A stretch of 63,717 nucleotides of DNA, filler included. It is 4 parts of 4 records of this genome, joined end to end, with 100 filler letters (N's around TTAATTAATTAA, not from the genome) between each part and the next. Parts side by side here need not be neighbours in the genome. Positions count along the whole stretch, not along the records: positions 26,339 to 49,720 come from SRR22947725_9041; 3 more parts are not named here. The stretch is one strand, 5' to 3'. Under the pieces are notes generated by a model. It did not search any database, had not been told where the DNA came from, and saw only the letters and a list, made by a program, of their open reading frames with translations. A program made the position numbers and the translations under genes. Shown piece after piece: positions 29,208-39,645 of this stretch (positions are counted from its first letter, which is position 1; each line of letters opens with the position of its first letter).

Positions 29208-30029
29208 ATGACCCAAATTTCCTTCGAATTTTTTTCGCCGAAAACCGTAACAGCCGCATTTTCGTTAAGCCGGGCAGCCGAGACGCTTGCCGGATTTGCA
29301 CCACAATTTTCATCTGTCACCTGCAGCAAAGATCCCGCTCAAACCTTAGACACCCTGCGGGCCTTGCGCCGATCCGGACTGGGGCGCTTGCAGGCACATG
29401 TCACCTGTTCCACCCAACAGCCAGCTGATCTGCCCACCTATCTGAAAGCGGCGCAAGAGGCCGGCGCAGAGGGTCTCATCGCTCTGCGCGGGGATACAGC
29501 ACCCAAGGGTTTGGATGTGATGGACTTAATCGCATGTGCCAAGCGAAACGAAATGCAGGACGTTTTCGTCGCCGCCTACCCAGAGGTGCACCCTTTGGCA
29601 CAGAGCTCCCAAAGTGATTTAGATTGGCTCAAGCGCAAGCAGGACGCCGGCGCTACGGCTGCGATTACGCAATTTTTCTTCCACGCAGAGTTTTTTCTAC
29701 GCTTCCGCGATAGAGCCGCGGCGCAGGGGATCACCCTACCCATCATCCCAGGCATTTTGCCTGTGCAAAATTGGACAGCAACCCAGGCCATCGCCAGCCG
29801 CTGCGGCACCTCTATCGCCCCTGATCTGGCAGAGGGCTTCGCCCGCGCCGAACGAGAGGGCCGGGCCGAGATGATGGCCATCGCGCAGGCCAGTGAACTT
29901 TGTGACAGTTTGATCCAAAATGGTGTTGAGCATCTGCATTTTTACACGATGAACAAAGCCGAAGTGGTCAGTGCCATTTGCACCGCTTTGGGAAAGGCAC
30001 CGCAACAAAGCCTCCGCCGCGTGGCTTGA
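29208..30029 (+). CDS. metF: 5,10-methylenetetrahydrofolate reductase (divergent)
   Basis: SFEFF, HVTC, ALRGD, AAYPEVHP, KQDAGA..AITQFFF and HFYTMN motifs; adjacent to metR. Confidence 0.88.
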   Translation: MTQISFEFFSPKTVTAAFSLSRAAETLAGFAPQFSSVTCSKDPAQTLDTLRALRRSGLGRLQAHVTCSTQQPADLPTYLKAAQEAGAEGLIALRGDTAPKGLDVMDLIACAKRNEMQDVFVAAYPEVHPLAQSSQSDLDWLKRKQDAGATAAITQFFFHAEFFLRFRDRAAAQGITLPIIPGILPVQNWTATQAIASRCGTSIAPDLAEGFARAEREGRAEMMAIAQASELCDSLIQNGVEHLHFYTMNKAEVVSAICTALGKAPQQSLRRVA

Positions 30030-30081
30030 AGCCCTCCCTGCGCCACGTTAGGCTCCGTCAACACCAGCGCGCAGGGAGCTT
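30026..30081 (+). promoter_or_regulatory. Putative sigma70 promoter overlapping an RBS-sequestering inverted repeat
   Basis: TTGAAG-17bp-TAGGCT; CTCCCTGCGC (30034-30043) pairs with GCGCAGGGAG (30069-30078). Confidence 0.45.
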
Positions 30082-30084
30082 GAA

Positions 30085-30603
30085 ATGACAGAGGCGAAAG
30101 ATTTTTCCGATTTGCCCACCCGCGCGCAACTTCTATCGATGTCCGGGTACGAGTTTATGTGCGCCATGCGCGACGGCACATTGCCGCGCCCGCCCATCGC
30201 TCGGTTGCTTTGCTATGAGCTGACCGAGGTATCCGTGGGTGCTGTCACCTTTGCAGGCACCCCGGAGTTTGATCACACGAACCCAATGGGCGGGCTGCAT
30301 GGCGGATGGTATGGTGCGGTATTAGACAGCTGTATGGCCTGTGCAGTGATGACCAAAGTGCCTAAAGGCAGTATTTACACAACGCTGGAATATAAGATCA
30401 ATATCACCCGCAGCATTCCAATCGGCCAGCCTGTTATCGCCCGCGGATGGGTGCAGCACGCCGGCCGATCCACCGGCGTGGCCGCGGGGGAAATTCGCGG
30501 TGCCGAAGATGGAAAACTCTATGCGACCGGCTCAACCACCTGCATCATTATGCAAGTTGATGAGCCGCCCAGGCCGCCCATCAGCAACACTGGGATGAAT
30601 TGA
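30085..30603 (+). CDS. PaaI-family hotdog thioesterase
   Basis: NPMGGLHGGWYGAVLDSCM and TTLEYKIN motifs. Confidence 0.9.
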   Translation: MTEAKDFSDLPTRAQLLSMSGYEFMCAMRDGTLPRPPIARLLCYELTEVSVGAVTFAGTPEFDHTNPMGGLHGGWYGAVLDSCMACAVMTKVPKGSIYTTLEYKINITRSIPIGQPVIARGWVQHAGRSTGVAAGEIRGAEDGKLYATGSTTCIIMQVDEPPRPPISNTGMN

Positions 30604-31611
30604 CTCTGAGCGAAAGCGTCCAACCAAACGCCTGGACCGTGCCCAAAACACCCAGTTCAATCCGCTCCAATTGCCGGTTGAGGGCGCATGAACATCTTGC
30701 ACAAACTCCTCTGTCCAAGCCTTGGGCAAAGGAAGGCCTTGCTCTTGCAGTCGCTGCATCATCCAAACGAAGGGGATATTTGACAGGGGCCGTGTTTGCG
30801 GAGATCCCATCACCTGCCCGCCAACATCCCCATGATTCCCAACGAACCAGACCTGCTGCAACGCAACCGGCCGATCTGGTGGATCCTCCCACATTTCAGG
30901 TCGATATGTGTCTCGGGTTTCATCCAAGGCCAAAGCCTGAAACCCGGCGCCGACACAGGCGCTGATCTGATGGTTGTGAAACTGGTATTTTCCCTCAAAC
31001 ATCCGCCAGAGCCCCGGAACGCGCAGCCCAAGCGCTTTGACCGTGTCCCAAACCCCAATCGCTGTGATGGGGACATCTAAGTGGCAATATTCTTTCGCAA
31101 AGACCCGCAAGGCGTCGCTGCCGTCCCGATAGTGGCGATAGGCCATGCAAACATGACGCTGGGTGGCCTGATCGCGCCGCAGCAACCCGACCCGATCGAT
31201 CAATCCCGCCAAAGAGCGCGCCGCAAAGGCACCGCGCGAATAGCCAATCAAAAAGATCTCATCGCCCAGCTGATAGCGGCTCGCCAGAGCGCCATAGACC
31301 GTCTGAATTTGCCAATCCAACCCGCTGCCGGTCAACACAGACCAGGCTGATGCCAGAAAATTGCTCCGGTCAAATTGCAGCCCGGGTTGGTAATGCAATA
31401 TCACCCCCGGCCCAGCGCTGCGTTTCAAAAGCTGATAGGCCAACCCCGCATTTGTCTCAAACCCCGGCTCCAGCGAGGAGAGCGTGCCGTCCATGACAAC
31501 AACATGCACCGCTCGGCGCGGTGCGGCCCCAGACGCAGACCCCGCATCTTCCACGACCTGGCCAAAGCGGTTCTGCCAAATCTTGGAGTTGATCCAATGC
31601 CAAAGGGACAT
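30532..31611 (-). CDS. DUF2235 (Tle1-like) alpha/beta hydrolase
   Basis: MDGT, GYSRGAFAARSLAG, GVWDTV, ALALDETR and WFVGNHGDVGG motifs. Confidence 0.88.
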   Translation of the reverse strand: MSLWHWINSKIWQNRFGQVVEDAGSASGAAPRRAVHVVVMDGTLSSLEPGFETNAGLAYQLLKRSAGPGVILHYQPGLQFDRSNFLASAWSVLTGSGLDWQIQTVYGALASRYQLGDEIFLIGYSRGAFAARSLAGLIDRVGLLRRDQATQRHVCMAYRHYRDGSDALRVFAKEYCHLDVPITAIGVWDTVKALGLRVPGLWRMFEGKYQFHNHQISACVGAGFQALALDETRDTYRPEMWEDPPDRPVALQQVWFVGNHGDVGGQVMGSPQTRPLSNIPFVWMMQRLQEQGLPLPKAWTEEFVQDVHAPSTGNWSGLNWVFWARSRRLVGRFRSESIHPSVADGRPGRLINLHNDAGG

Positions 31612-31617
31612 GACGAC

Positions 31618-33903
31618 TTAGCCTGCGTTTTGCAACATGCTCCAAACCCGCTGCGGCGTGAAGGGCATATCCGCCCGCGTGACACCGTTTGAGGCCAAAG
31701 CGTCCATCACCGCATTGGATACAGCGGCCATTGAGCCAATGGTGCCAGCCTCACCGCAGCCTTTCATGCCAATAGGATTGGCGGTTGAGGGCACCACGAC
31801 GGAGTTGAAGTCAAACATCGGCACATCGGCAGCCCGCGGCATGCCATAGTCCATAAAGCTGGCTGTCAGAAGCTGGCCGTTGTCATCATATACCACATGT
31901 TCCATCATGGCCTGCCCCAGCCCTTGAACCACGCCGCCGTGCACCTGCCCCTCCACCAACATGGGATTGAGAAGATAGCCGAAATCATCGACGATGACAT
32001 AGCGCACGACCTGCGATTGCCCGGTCTGCGGATCAACTTCCACTTCCGCCAAATGCGCCCCATTGGGGAAGCTCAAATCATCCAAAGTCGCCGATTGCGT
32101 CACATCCAAAAGCGCCGACTGCCCGGCCTCACGCGCCAGTTTGGCCGCATCCAACCAGCTGAACACCACGTTGGAGCCCGCAATCCGAAACACCTCGTCA
32201 TCAAAGCTCACATCCGCGGGATCGGCCTCATGATGTTCCGCCAAAAAGAGCTTATAAGCCTGCGTCATCACAGTAACCAAGGCCAAAGTCGCGGAATTTT
32301 GCACCGTCGCAGAGCGCGATCCACCCGTTCCGCCCCCCGTGGGAATGAGATCGCTGTCGCCTTGGATCACGTTGATCTGTTCCACCGGCAGGCCGGTTTG
32401 ATCGGCCAAATATTGGGCATAAACCGTTTCATGCCCCTGCCCTCCGGACTGCGTGCCCACATAAAGATCAACGCTGCCATCGGCCTGAAACACAACCCGC
32501 GAGGTCTCGGTCGGGTTGCCTAAAATACTTTCGATATAACAGCACAGCCCCAAGCCACGCAGCAGACCCTTTTGCGCACTTGCAGCGCGCCGCGCCGCAA
32601 AGTCTTCGAGACGTGCCTCTTGGGCCAAACGATCCAACACAAGACCGAAATCCCCCACATCGTAGCGCACTTGGCTGGCCGTCTGATAGGGAAATTTCTC
32701 TGGGGCGATGAAGTTACGCCGGCGAAAATCCCAAGCGTCGATGCCCAGCGCACGGGCCGCGTAATCCATGGCCCGTTCCAAAACGTAAATCGCCTCAGGA
32801 CGTCCAGCCCCACGATAGGCATCTACCTGCGTGGTGTTGGTGTAAATCCCGGTCACTTGCAGATGCGCAACCGGGATATCGTAAAGACCGGTCAAAACTT
32901 TTGAAAACAGCTGCGTTTGAATGGGCTGGGCAAATTGACCCGAATAGGCGCCCATATTGGCCAGCGTCTGCACCTGATACCCGATGATCTTATGATCAGC
33001 ATCCAAAGCCAGCGTTGCCGTTGAGGTGAGGTCCCGACCACCATTGTCCGACAGCATCGCCTCCGATCTGTCCGACATCCAGCGCACCGAACGATTGAGC
33101 ATGCGCGCGGCCTGCGCGGCTAGGAAATACTCCGGATAGGCCATGGCTTTCATACCAAAGCCGCCACCGACGTCGGGGTTGGTCACGCGGATCTCGCTTT
33201 CGGGCAGGCCCAACATCTTCGCCAATTGCCCCTTTTGCGACCAGACCCCCTGGCCATTCACGCACAGGTGCACCCGCCCATCTTCTATATCCGCCCAGCA
33301 GCCCCGCGGCTCCATGGAATTACAAATCACACGGTTGTCGGAAATCTCGAAACTCAACACATGGGCCGCTTTGGCTTTCACCGCCTCCATCTGCGCGCTG
33401 TCACCTAAAGCCCAGTCAAAGGCGACATTATTCGGCGCTGCCTCATGCAAATTGGGCCCGCCCGGTTGCAACTCAAGATGCACCGGCAGATCATCAACCT
33501 CGAGCTCAATCATATCCGCCGCGGCCCGCGCCTGCGCATAGGTCTCAGCAAAGACCATGGCCACCGGTTCCCCCACAAAGCGCACCTTGTCTTTGGCCAA
33601 CAAAAACCGATCTGTGTTGGGCGCCAATTGGCCATCTTGGTTTTTCACCAGACTGGCCTCCATCTTGCCCGAGAGTCCCGCCGTCTCCAGCGCGGCCGCA
33701 GTGAGCACGAGATGCACCCCCTCGGCCTCTTCCGCCTCTTGCGTGTCCAGCGCTGTGATCACCCCATGCGCGTAGCTTGAACGCAGCACATAGCCATGTA
33801 ACGCCCCCTCCGGCGTGGTATCATCCACATATTGCCCGCACCCCGTCAGAAAACGATCATCTTCGCGCCGCAATACCGATTGGCTCTTTCCAAATTTTTC
33901 CAC
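31618..33903 (-). CDS. Xanthine-dehydrogenase-family molybdopterin-binding large subunit (CoxL form II-like), stand-alone
   Basis: RREDDRFLTG, VGGGFGMK, AYRGAGRPE, GQGHET and KGCGEAG motifs; GTG 33903 with AGGAG RBS. Confidence 0.9.
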   Translation of the reverse strand: MEKFGKSQSVLRREDDRFLTGCGQYVDDTTPEGALHGYVLRSSYAHGVITALDTQEAEEAEGVHLVLTAAALETAGLSGKMEASLVKNQDGQLAPNTDRFLLAKDKVRFVGEPVAMVFAETYAQARAAADMIELEVDDLPVHLELQPGGPNLHEAAPNNVAFDWALGDSAQMEAVKAKAAHVLSFEISDNRVICNSMEPRGCWADIEDGRVHLCVNGQGVWSQKGQLAKMLGLPESEIRVTNPDVGGGFGMKAMAYPEYFLAAQAARMLNRSVRWMSDRSEAMLSDNGGRDLTSTATLALDADHKIIGYQVQTLANMGAYSGQFAQPIQTQLFSKVLTGLYDIPVAHLQVTGIYTNTTQVDAYRGAGRPEAIYVLERAMDYAARALGIDAWDFRRRNFIAPEKFPYQTASQVRYDVGDFGLVLDRLAQEARLEDFAARRAASAQKGLLRGLGLCCYIESILGNPTETSRVVFQADGSVDLYVGTQSGGQGHETVYAQYLADQTGLPVEQINVIQGDSDLIPTGGGTGGSRSATVQNSATLALVTVMTQAYKLFLAEHHEADPADVSFDDEVFRIAGSNVVFSWLDAAKLAREAGQSALLDVTQSATLDDLSFPNGAHLAEVEVDPQTGQSQVVRYVIVDDFGYLLNPMLVEGQVHGGVVQGLGQAMMEHVVYDDNGQLLTASFMDYGMPRAADVPMFDFNSVVVPSTANPIGMKGCGEAGTIGSMAAVSNAVMDALASNGVTRADMPFTPQRVWSMLQNAG

Positions 33904-34044
33904 GCACCTGCTCCTAAGTTTGGTTAAACTGTACCAACCTGCCCCCGACTGTCCAGCCACAAGCAGAATAATTCGCGGATGTCGTGTTCAGGCAAGACTC
34001 CCGCTTTTTGATATGGCGCATTTTGTGCATTCAAGGAGTTCACG

Positions 34045-34917
34045 ATGCCAAACGCCCAAACCTCTCATCGCCTGTCCGACGCCCAGATCCAAAGCTATTG
34101 GGAGGACGGTTTTTTATGCCCCATCCCTGCAATTTCTGCGCAGCAATGTGCAGATTGGCGCGCCCAATTGGAAGCGATTGAAGGCGATTGGCTCGACAAC
34201 GGCCTGCCACGGGCTTTGAATGTATACAAACGGGTCAATGCACATATCGTTATGCCGCTGGCCCATGAGATCGCCGCCCATAGCGCGATATTGGATGTGG
34301 TTGAGGGTATTTTGGGGCCTGATGTCTTACTGTATTCGACAGAGTTTTTGATCAAAGAGCCGCGGACAAAACATGTGGTGACGATGCACCAAGACTTGGC
34401 CTATTGGGGCTTGGGTGAAATTGATGGGATACTCACCGCTTGGCTGGCGCTCTCTCCGGCAACGCCTCAAAGCGGATGTATGGATTTTGTGAAAGGCAGT
34501 CACAAAAGCCCGATTATTCCCCATGAGGACAGCTTTGATGAGCTGAATCTGCTGTCACGCGGTCAAGAAATCAAGGTGGATGTGGCACAGGAAGACAAAT
34601 CAAGCGGCGCCCTGGCGACGGGCGAGATCAGCCTGCACCACGGCTTGATGATCCACGGCTCGGGCGCCAATACAAGCGATGACCGCAGAATTGGTGTTGT
34701 GATGCGCTTTTTAAGCCCACATGTCAAAAAACCCAATAATGCGCCCGATTACGGCGTGCCGATGCGCGGCAATTGTGACACGGGAAATTTCACCCTCTGC
34801 GACGCGCCAAAGGGCTTGTTTCATCCAGAGGATCTTTTACTCTACGAAGAAATTCGAACAGAACAGGCCAAAGTCATGATGGCGGGCGCCGAGGGCAAAG
34901 CCGAGATGTACAGATGA
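34045..34917 (+). CDS. PhyH-family Fe(II)/2-oxoglutarate dioxygenase
   Basis: WEDGF, HQD...H(GSG)...R facial triad and 2OG-binding Arg; AAGGAG RBS. Confidence 0.9.
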   Translation: MPNAQTSHRLSDAQIQSYWEDGFLCPIPAISAQQCADWRAQLEAIEGDWLDNGLPRALNVYKRVNAHIVMPLAHEIAAHSAILDVVEGILGPDVLLYSTEFLIKEPRTKHVVTMHQDLAYWGLGEIDGILTAWLALSPATPQSGCMDFVKGSHKSPIIPHEDSFDELNLLSRGQEIKVDVAQEDKSSGALATGEISLHHGLMIHGSGANTSDDRRIGVVMRFLSPHVKKPNNAPDYGVPMRGNCDTGNFTLCDAPKGLFHPEDLLLYEEIRTEQAKVMMAGAEGKAEMYR

Positions 34918-35510
34918 TGGATCAAGTCAAATTTCGCGCCATGAAAGATGGCGATGCGGCAGATTATGCCTTTCTCACGGAACATGAGATTGAATATACC
35001 AAGGGCACTGCCGATCGCCTGCTTCGGGCGTTGGTTACGCTGGATGAAGGCCTATCTGGCTATCAGGTGACGCGTCTGGGCCATTCGCTGCAATCGGCCA
35101 CCCGCGCGGAGCGCGATGGAGCCGATACCGATTGGATTGTCTCTGCGCTGTTGCATGATATCGGCGATATTTTCGCGCCCTACAATCACGACGAATATGC
35201 CGCAGCGATCCTGCGCCCCTTTGTGCGGGAACAATGCGCCTGGGTTGTTGAAAAACACGGTGATTTTCAGATGCTCTATTATGGCCATCACGTGGGCGGC
35301 AACCGAGACAAGCGCGAAACCTATCGCGGCCATATCTATTTTGACGACTGTGCAACCTTCTGCGAACGCTGGGACCAAAACAGCTTTGATCCTGACTATG
35401 ACACCTTGCCGATTGAACATTTTGCACAGCGGGTTCGCGAGGTTTTTGCGCGGCAACCCTACGACCCGGCCGTCCTGCGCCCCGGCGCGCGCGCGCCTTT
35501 GGTCAGCTAG
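34914..35510 (+). CDS. HD-domain protein of the diiron oxygenase (PhnZ/MIOX-like) type
   Basis: H(SLQ)...HD...H...H...(W)D six-ligand pattern; ATGA overlap with the dioxygenase. Confidence 0.82.
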   Translation: MMDQVKFRAMKDGDAADYAFLTEHEIEYTKGTADRLLRALVTLDEGLSGYQVTRLGHSLQSATRAERDGADTDWIVSALLHDIGDIFAPYNHDEYAAAILRPFVREQCAWVVEKHGDFQMLYYGHHVGGNRDKRETYRGHIYFDDCATFCERWDQNSFDPDYDTLPIEHFAQRVREVFARQPYDPAVLRPGARAPLVS

Positions 35511-35571
35511 GGCTTTCACTCGCCCAGAGAAATAGGTATTCGGAGACAAATTCGAAGGATACCCCCCTATT

Positions 35572-38499
35572 ATGGCCATGGAAAAATTCAACGCAGCAGA
35601 AGCTGAAGATCGTCTTTACAAAGCCTGGGAGGCGGCGGGCTGTTTTACAGCCGGGGCCAATGCCAAACCCGGAGCATCAAGCTATTGCATCATGATCCCC
35701 CCGCCCAATGTCACGGGCGTTTTGCATATGGGTCATGCCTTCAACAATACTTTGCAAGATATCTTGGTGCGCTGGCACCGGATGCGCGGCTTTGACACCC
35801 TGTGGCAGGCTGGGACAGACCATGCGGGCATCGCCACACAGATGGTCGTTGAGCGGCAATTGGCAGAGCGGGGCGAACCGGGCCGTGTGGCCCTGGGGCG
35901 TGAGAAATTCTTGGAAAAAGTCTGGCAATGGAAAGAGCAATCAGGCGGTACAATTGTAAATCAGCTCAAACGCTTGGGCGCCTCCTGCGATTGGGATCGC
36001 ACAGCCTTTACCATGGCAGGCGCGCAGGGTGACACGCGTACGGGCCATGAAAACAGCCCGAATTTCCACGATGCCGTGATCAAAGTCTTCGTTGAAATGT
36101 ACAACAAAGGCCTGATTTACCGAGGCAAGCGTCTGGTCAATTGGGATCCACATTTCGAAACAGCTATCTCAGATCTTGAAGTGGAGAATATCGAAGTTGC
36201 CGGTCACATGTGGCATTTTAAATATCCCTTAGCCGGTGGCGCGACATATACCTATGTGGAGAGGGATGAAGACGGCAACATCACGTTGCAAGAAGAGCGC
36301 AACTATATCTCCATTGCCACCACCCGCCCAGAGACCATGTTGGGCGACGGTGCAGTTGCGGTGCATCCCTCCGACGAGCGCTATGCGCCGATTGTTAGGA
36401 TGATGTGTGAAATTCCCGTCGGGCCCAAAGCGCAACGGCGCTTGATTCCCATCATCACCGATGAGTACCCCGACAAAGACTTTGGGTCTGGCGCGGTCAA
36501 AATCACCGGGGCGCATGATTTCAACGACTATCAAGTCGCCAAACGCGCCGGCATTCCGATGTATAATCTGATGGACACAAAAGCCAATCTGCGCGCCGAT
36601 GGACAGGCCTATGCGCAAGAGGCGGCCACCGCCCAACGCATCGCCAATGGCGAAGAGAGCTTTGACGAGGCAAAAATTGCCGCCATGAATATGGTGCCGG
36701 ATGCCTATCGCGGCATGGATCGTTTTGAGGCGCGCAAGAAAATTGTTGATGACATCACCCGCGAAGGTTTGGCGGTGATGACCGAGGACACCCTTACCGA
36801 TGAAGAGGGGCAGCAAACCACCCAGCTGGTGCCCATGGTGGAGAATAAACCCATCATGCAGCCTTTCGGCGACCGCTCCAAAGTGGTGATTGAGCCGATG
36901 CTGACCGATCAGTGGTTTGTTGACACGGACAAAATCGTTGCCCCCGCGCTGGAGGCGGTGCGTAATGACCAGGTTAAAATCCTGCCAGAGTCCGAAAAGA
37001 AAGTTTATTTTCATTGGCTCGAAAACATTGAGCCTTGGTGCATTTCAAGGCAATTGTGGTGGGGCCATCAAATTCCTGTTTGGTTTGATGAGACCGGCGC
37101 GCAATATTGCGCCGCGACCGAAGCAGAGGCGCAAGCCATGGCCGGCCCCGACGCCTCTCTCACCCGTGATCCCGATGTGCTGGACACTTGGTTCTCCTCC
37201 GGTCTTTGGCCTATCGGAACTTTGGGCTGGAGCGGCGAGGCTGAGGCCGATGCGCAAAACGATATGCTGCAAAGGTTTTTCCCCACCTCTGATCTCATCA
37301 CGGGCTCTGACATCTTATTTTTCTGGGTCGCACGGATGATGATGATGCAATTGGCCGTGGTCGATCAAGTCCCCTTCAACACCATCTACCTGCACGGGTT
37401 GGTGCGTGATGCCAAGGGGAAGAAGATGAGCAAATCAACCGGCAATGTCGTCGATCCGCTTGAGATTATCGACGAATTTGGCGCCGATGCTCTGCGCTTT
37501 ACCAATGCGTCGATGGCCTCTTTGGGTGGGGTGCTCAAGCTGGATATGCAGCGCATTGCGGGATATCGAAATTTTGGAACAAAGCTCTGGAATGCCTGTT
37601 CTTTTGCACAATTCAATGAGGCATTTGAACACCGAAGCTGCTCCCTTCCCAGCCCAGATTTGGCACTCAACAAATGGATCATTGGCGAAGTTGGGCGGGT
37701 GCGCGTGGCGGTGGATGCCGCGCTGGACGGCTATCGCTTTAATGATGCGGCCTCTGCGCTCCACGGTTTTGTCTGGGGCACGTTGTGCGATCGCTATCTC
37801 GAACTGTCAAAGCCAATTTTGAAAGGGAGCCATTCCAGCGGCGACGCCGGGCGATTGGAAACACAAATCACACTGGCTTGGGTCTTGGAGCAATCTATGA
37901 CCTTACTGCATCCCATCATGCCCTTTATCACCGAAGAGCTCTGGGGCATCACCGCACAGCGCAGCCATATGTTGGTGCATCAAGATTGGCCGGAATATGG
38001 GCTCGAGTTGGTCGATACGGCCGCCAGCGAAGAAATCAGCTGGGCCATTTCATTGATTGATGCCATCCGCTCTGCCCGTGCACAGATGAATGTGCCTGCC
38101 GGTGCGAAAGTGCCCTTGGTGCAAGTGACAATCAGCCCGGCCGGTGAAGCGGCTTTGGCGGCCAATATGGCGCAAATTCAGCAAATGGCTCGGATCACCG
38201 AGGTGACCAAAGTGTCAGAGATGCCAAAAGGCGCCATCACCATCACAGCGCCCCAAGCCACCTTCGGCCTGCCCTTGGCAGATATTATCGATGTGGCGGC
38301 GGAGAAAATGCGCCTTGAAAAAAGCATGGGGAAATTGGCGAAAGAACTCGGCGGCCTTCGCGGACGTTTGAACAACCCCAAATTCGCCGCCTCCGCCCCC
38401 CCAGAGGTCTTGGCCGAAACGCGCGCCAATCTCGAAGCCCGTGAAGAGGAAGAGGCTAAACTCTCTATAGCATTGGCAAGATTGCAAGAAATCGGATAG
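35572..38499 (+). CDS. valS: Valyl-tRNA synthetase
   Basis: [30 protein letters not shown]-terminal coiled coil. Confidence 0.98.
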   Translation: MAMEKFNAAEAEDRLYKAWEAAGCFTAGANAKPGASSYCIMIPPPNVTGVLHMGHAFNNTLQDILVRWHRMRGFDTLWQAGTDHAGIATQMVVERQLAERGEPGRVALGREKFLEKVWQWKEQSGGTIVNQLKRLGASCDWDRTAFTMAGAQGDTRTGHENSPNFHDAVIKVFVEMYNKGLIYRGKRLVNWDPHFETAISDLEVENIEVAGHMWHFKYPLAGGATYTYVERDEDGNITLQEERNYISIATTRPETMLGDGAVAVHPSDERYAPIVRMMCEIPVGPKAQRRLIPIITDEYPDKDFGSGAVKITGAHDFNDYQVAKRAGIPMYNLMDTKANLRADGQAYAQEAATAQRIANGEESFDEAKIAAMNMVPDAYRGMDRFEARKKIVDDITREGLAVMTEDTLTDEEGQQTTQLVPMVENKPIMQPFGDRSKVVIEPMLTDQWFVDTDKIVAPALEAVRNDQVKILPESEKKVYFHWLENIEPWCISRQLWWGHQIPVWFDETGAQYCAATEAEAQAMAGPDASLTRDPDVLDTWFSSGLWPIGTLGWSGEAEADAQNDMLQRFFPTSDLITGSDILFFWVARMMMMQLAVVDQVPFNTIYLHGLVRDAKGKKMSKSTGNVVDPLEIIDEFGADALRFTNASMASLGGVLKLDMQRIAGYRNFGTKLWNACSFAQFNEAFEHRSCSLPSPDLALNKWIIGEVGRVRVAVDAALDGYRFNDAASALHGFVWGTLCDRYLELSKPILKGSHSSGDAGRLETQITLAWVLEQSMTLLHPIMPFITEELWGITAQRSHMLVHQDWPEYGLELVDTAASEEISWAISLIDAIRSARAQMNVPAGAKVPLVQVTISPAGEAALAANMAQIQQMARITEVTKVSEMPKGAITITAPQATFGLPLADIIDVAAEKMRLEKSMGKLAKELGGLRGRLNNPKFAASAPPEVLAETRANLEAREEEEAKLSIALARLQEIG

Positions 38500-38534
38500 G
38501 CTGCGCAGAGATCTTTTTGCCTGGAGACCGTGCC

Positions 38535-39644
38535 ATGTCACATAATGCGCTCACCGCCTTGGCCAAATCCTTGCCAGCCAGCGTCCCCTTTGTCGGACCA
38601 GAAACCCAAGAGAGGGCCTTGGGCCGGGCTTTCTCGGCCAGGCTGGGCGCCAATGAAAGCCAATTTGGCCCCTCGCCCCGTTCAATCGAGGCGATGGCAC
38701 AAGCGACGCAGGAGGTTTGGCAATATGGCGACCCGGAAAATCATGATCTGAAACAAGCGCTGGCCGCGCATCACAACATTGATCCGGGCCATATCACCCT
38801 CGGCGAAGGCATTGACGGTCTCTTATTGACCTTGACCCGCCTGACCGTTGCATCTGGAGATGCCATCCTCACCTCCCACGGGGCCTATCCGACGTTTAAT
38901 TATCATGCCGCCGGCAATGGCGGCACCCTGCATATGGTGCCATATCTGGATGATCATGAAGATCCCCGAGGCCTGGCAGAGCAGGCCCGCCGATTGGGCG
39001 CGAAACTGGTCTATTTCGCCAATCCTGACAATCCAATGGGCAGCTGGCACAGCGCTGATACTGTGCAAGAATTGATTGATAAGTTACCCAAGTCTAGCCT
39101 CTTGGTGCTTGATGAAGCCTATATTGAATTGGCGCCAAACGGCACTGCGCCCGACTTGCGGCCCGAAACAGACAATGTGATCCGTTTGCGGACCTTTTCC
39201 AAAGCCTATGGTATGGCCGGGGCCCGGGTCGGCTATGCCATAGGGCCAAAATCGCTGATCTCTGCCTTCGACAAACTGCGCAATCATTTCGGCCTGTCGC
39301 GAATTTCGCAGGCCGGAGCCTTGGCGGCCCTCAAAGATCAGGCCTATGTGGACGGCATCAAGAAAAAAGTGGCGAAAAGCCGCGAGACCCTCGCGCAGAT
39401 TGCCCAAGACAATGGCCTCATTGCCCTGCCCTCAGCCACAAATTTCGTCACGATAGAATGCGGCAGAGATGGCGATTTTGCCCGCGCTGTCCTCGAGCAG
39501 ATGATCGCACGCGCTTTGTTTATCCGCATGCCTTTCGTGGCACCGATGAACCGTTGCATTCGCATCTCTTGCGGCGATGAAGCGGCGATGGATTTGGTTG
39601 CAAAAGCCTTGCCCGAAGCCCTGAAAGCCGCAAGATCGGCCTAG
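38535..39644 (+). CDS. PLP-dependent aminotransferase class I/II (HisC-like)
   Basis: ANPDNPMG, LDEAY and RTFSKAYGMAGARVGY motifs; GGAG RBS before ATG 38535. Confidence 0.9.
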   Translation: MSHNALTALAKSLPASVPFVGPETQERALGRAFSARLGANESQFGPSPRSIEAMAQATQEVWQYGDPENHDLKQALAAHHNIDPGHITLGEGIDGLLLTLTRLTVASGDAILTSHGAYPTFNYHAAGNGGTLHMVPYLDDHEDPRGLAEQARRLGAKLVYFANPDNPMGSWHSADTVQELIDKLPKSSLLVLDEAYIELAPNGTAPDLRPETDNVIRLRTFSKAYGMAGARVGYAIGPKSLISAFDKLRNHFGLSRISQAGALAALKDQAYVDGIKKKVAKSRETLAQIAQDNGLIALPSATNFVTIECGRDGDFARAVLEQMIARALFIRMPFVAPMNRCIRISCGDEAAMDLVAKALPEALKAARSA

Positions 39645-39645
39645 G

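Noticed and set aside
30532..31611. T6SS Tle1 effector
   Set aside because: No vgrG, PAAR or immunity gene nearby; housekeeping context.
31618..33903. Aerobic CO dehydrogenase (form I coxL)
   Set aside because: Loop is AYRGAGR, not AYRCSFR, and no coxMS or accessory genes are adjacent.
34045..35510. Direct annotation as phnY*/phnZ
   Set aside because: PhnZ substrate-binding residues appear to be absent and there is no phosphonate transporter; kept as an open finding instead.
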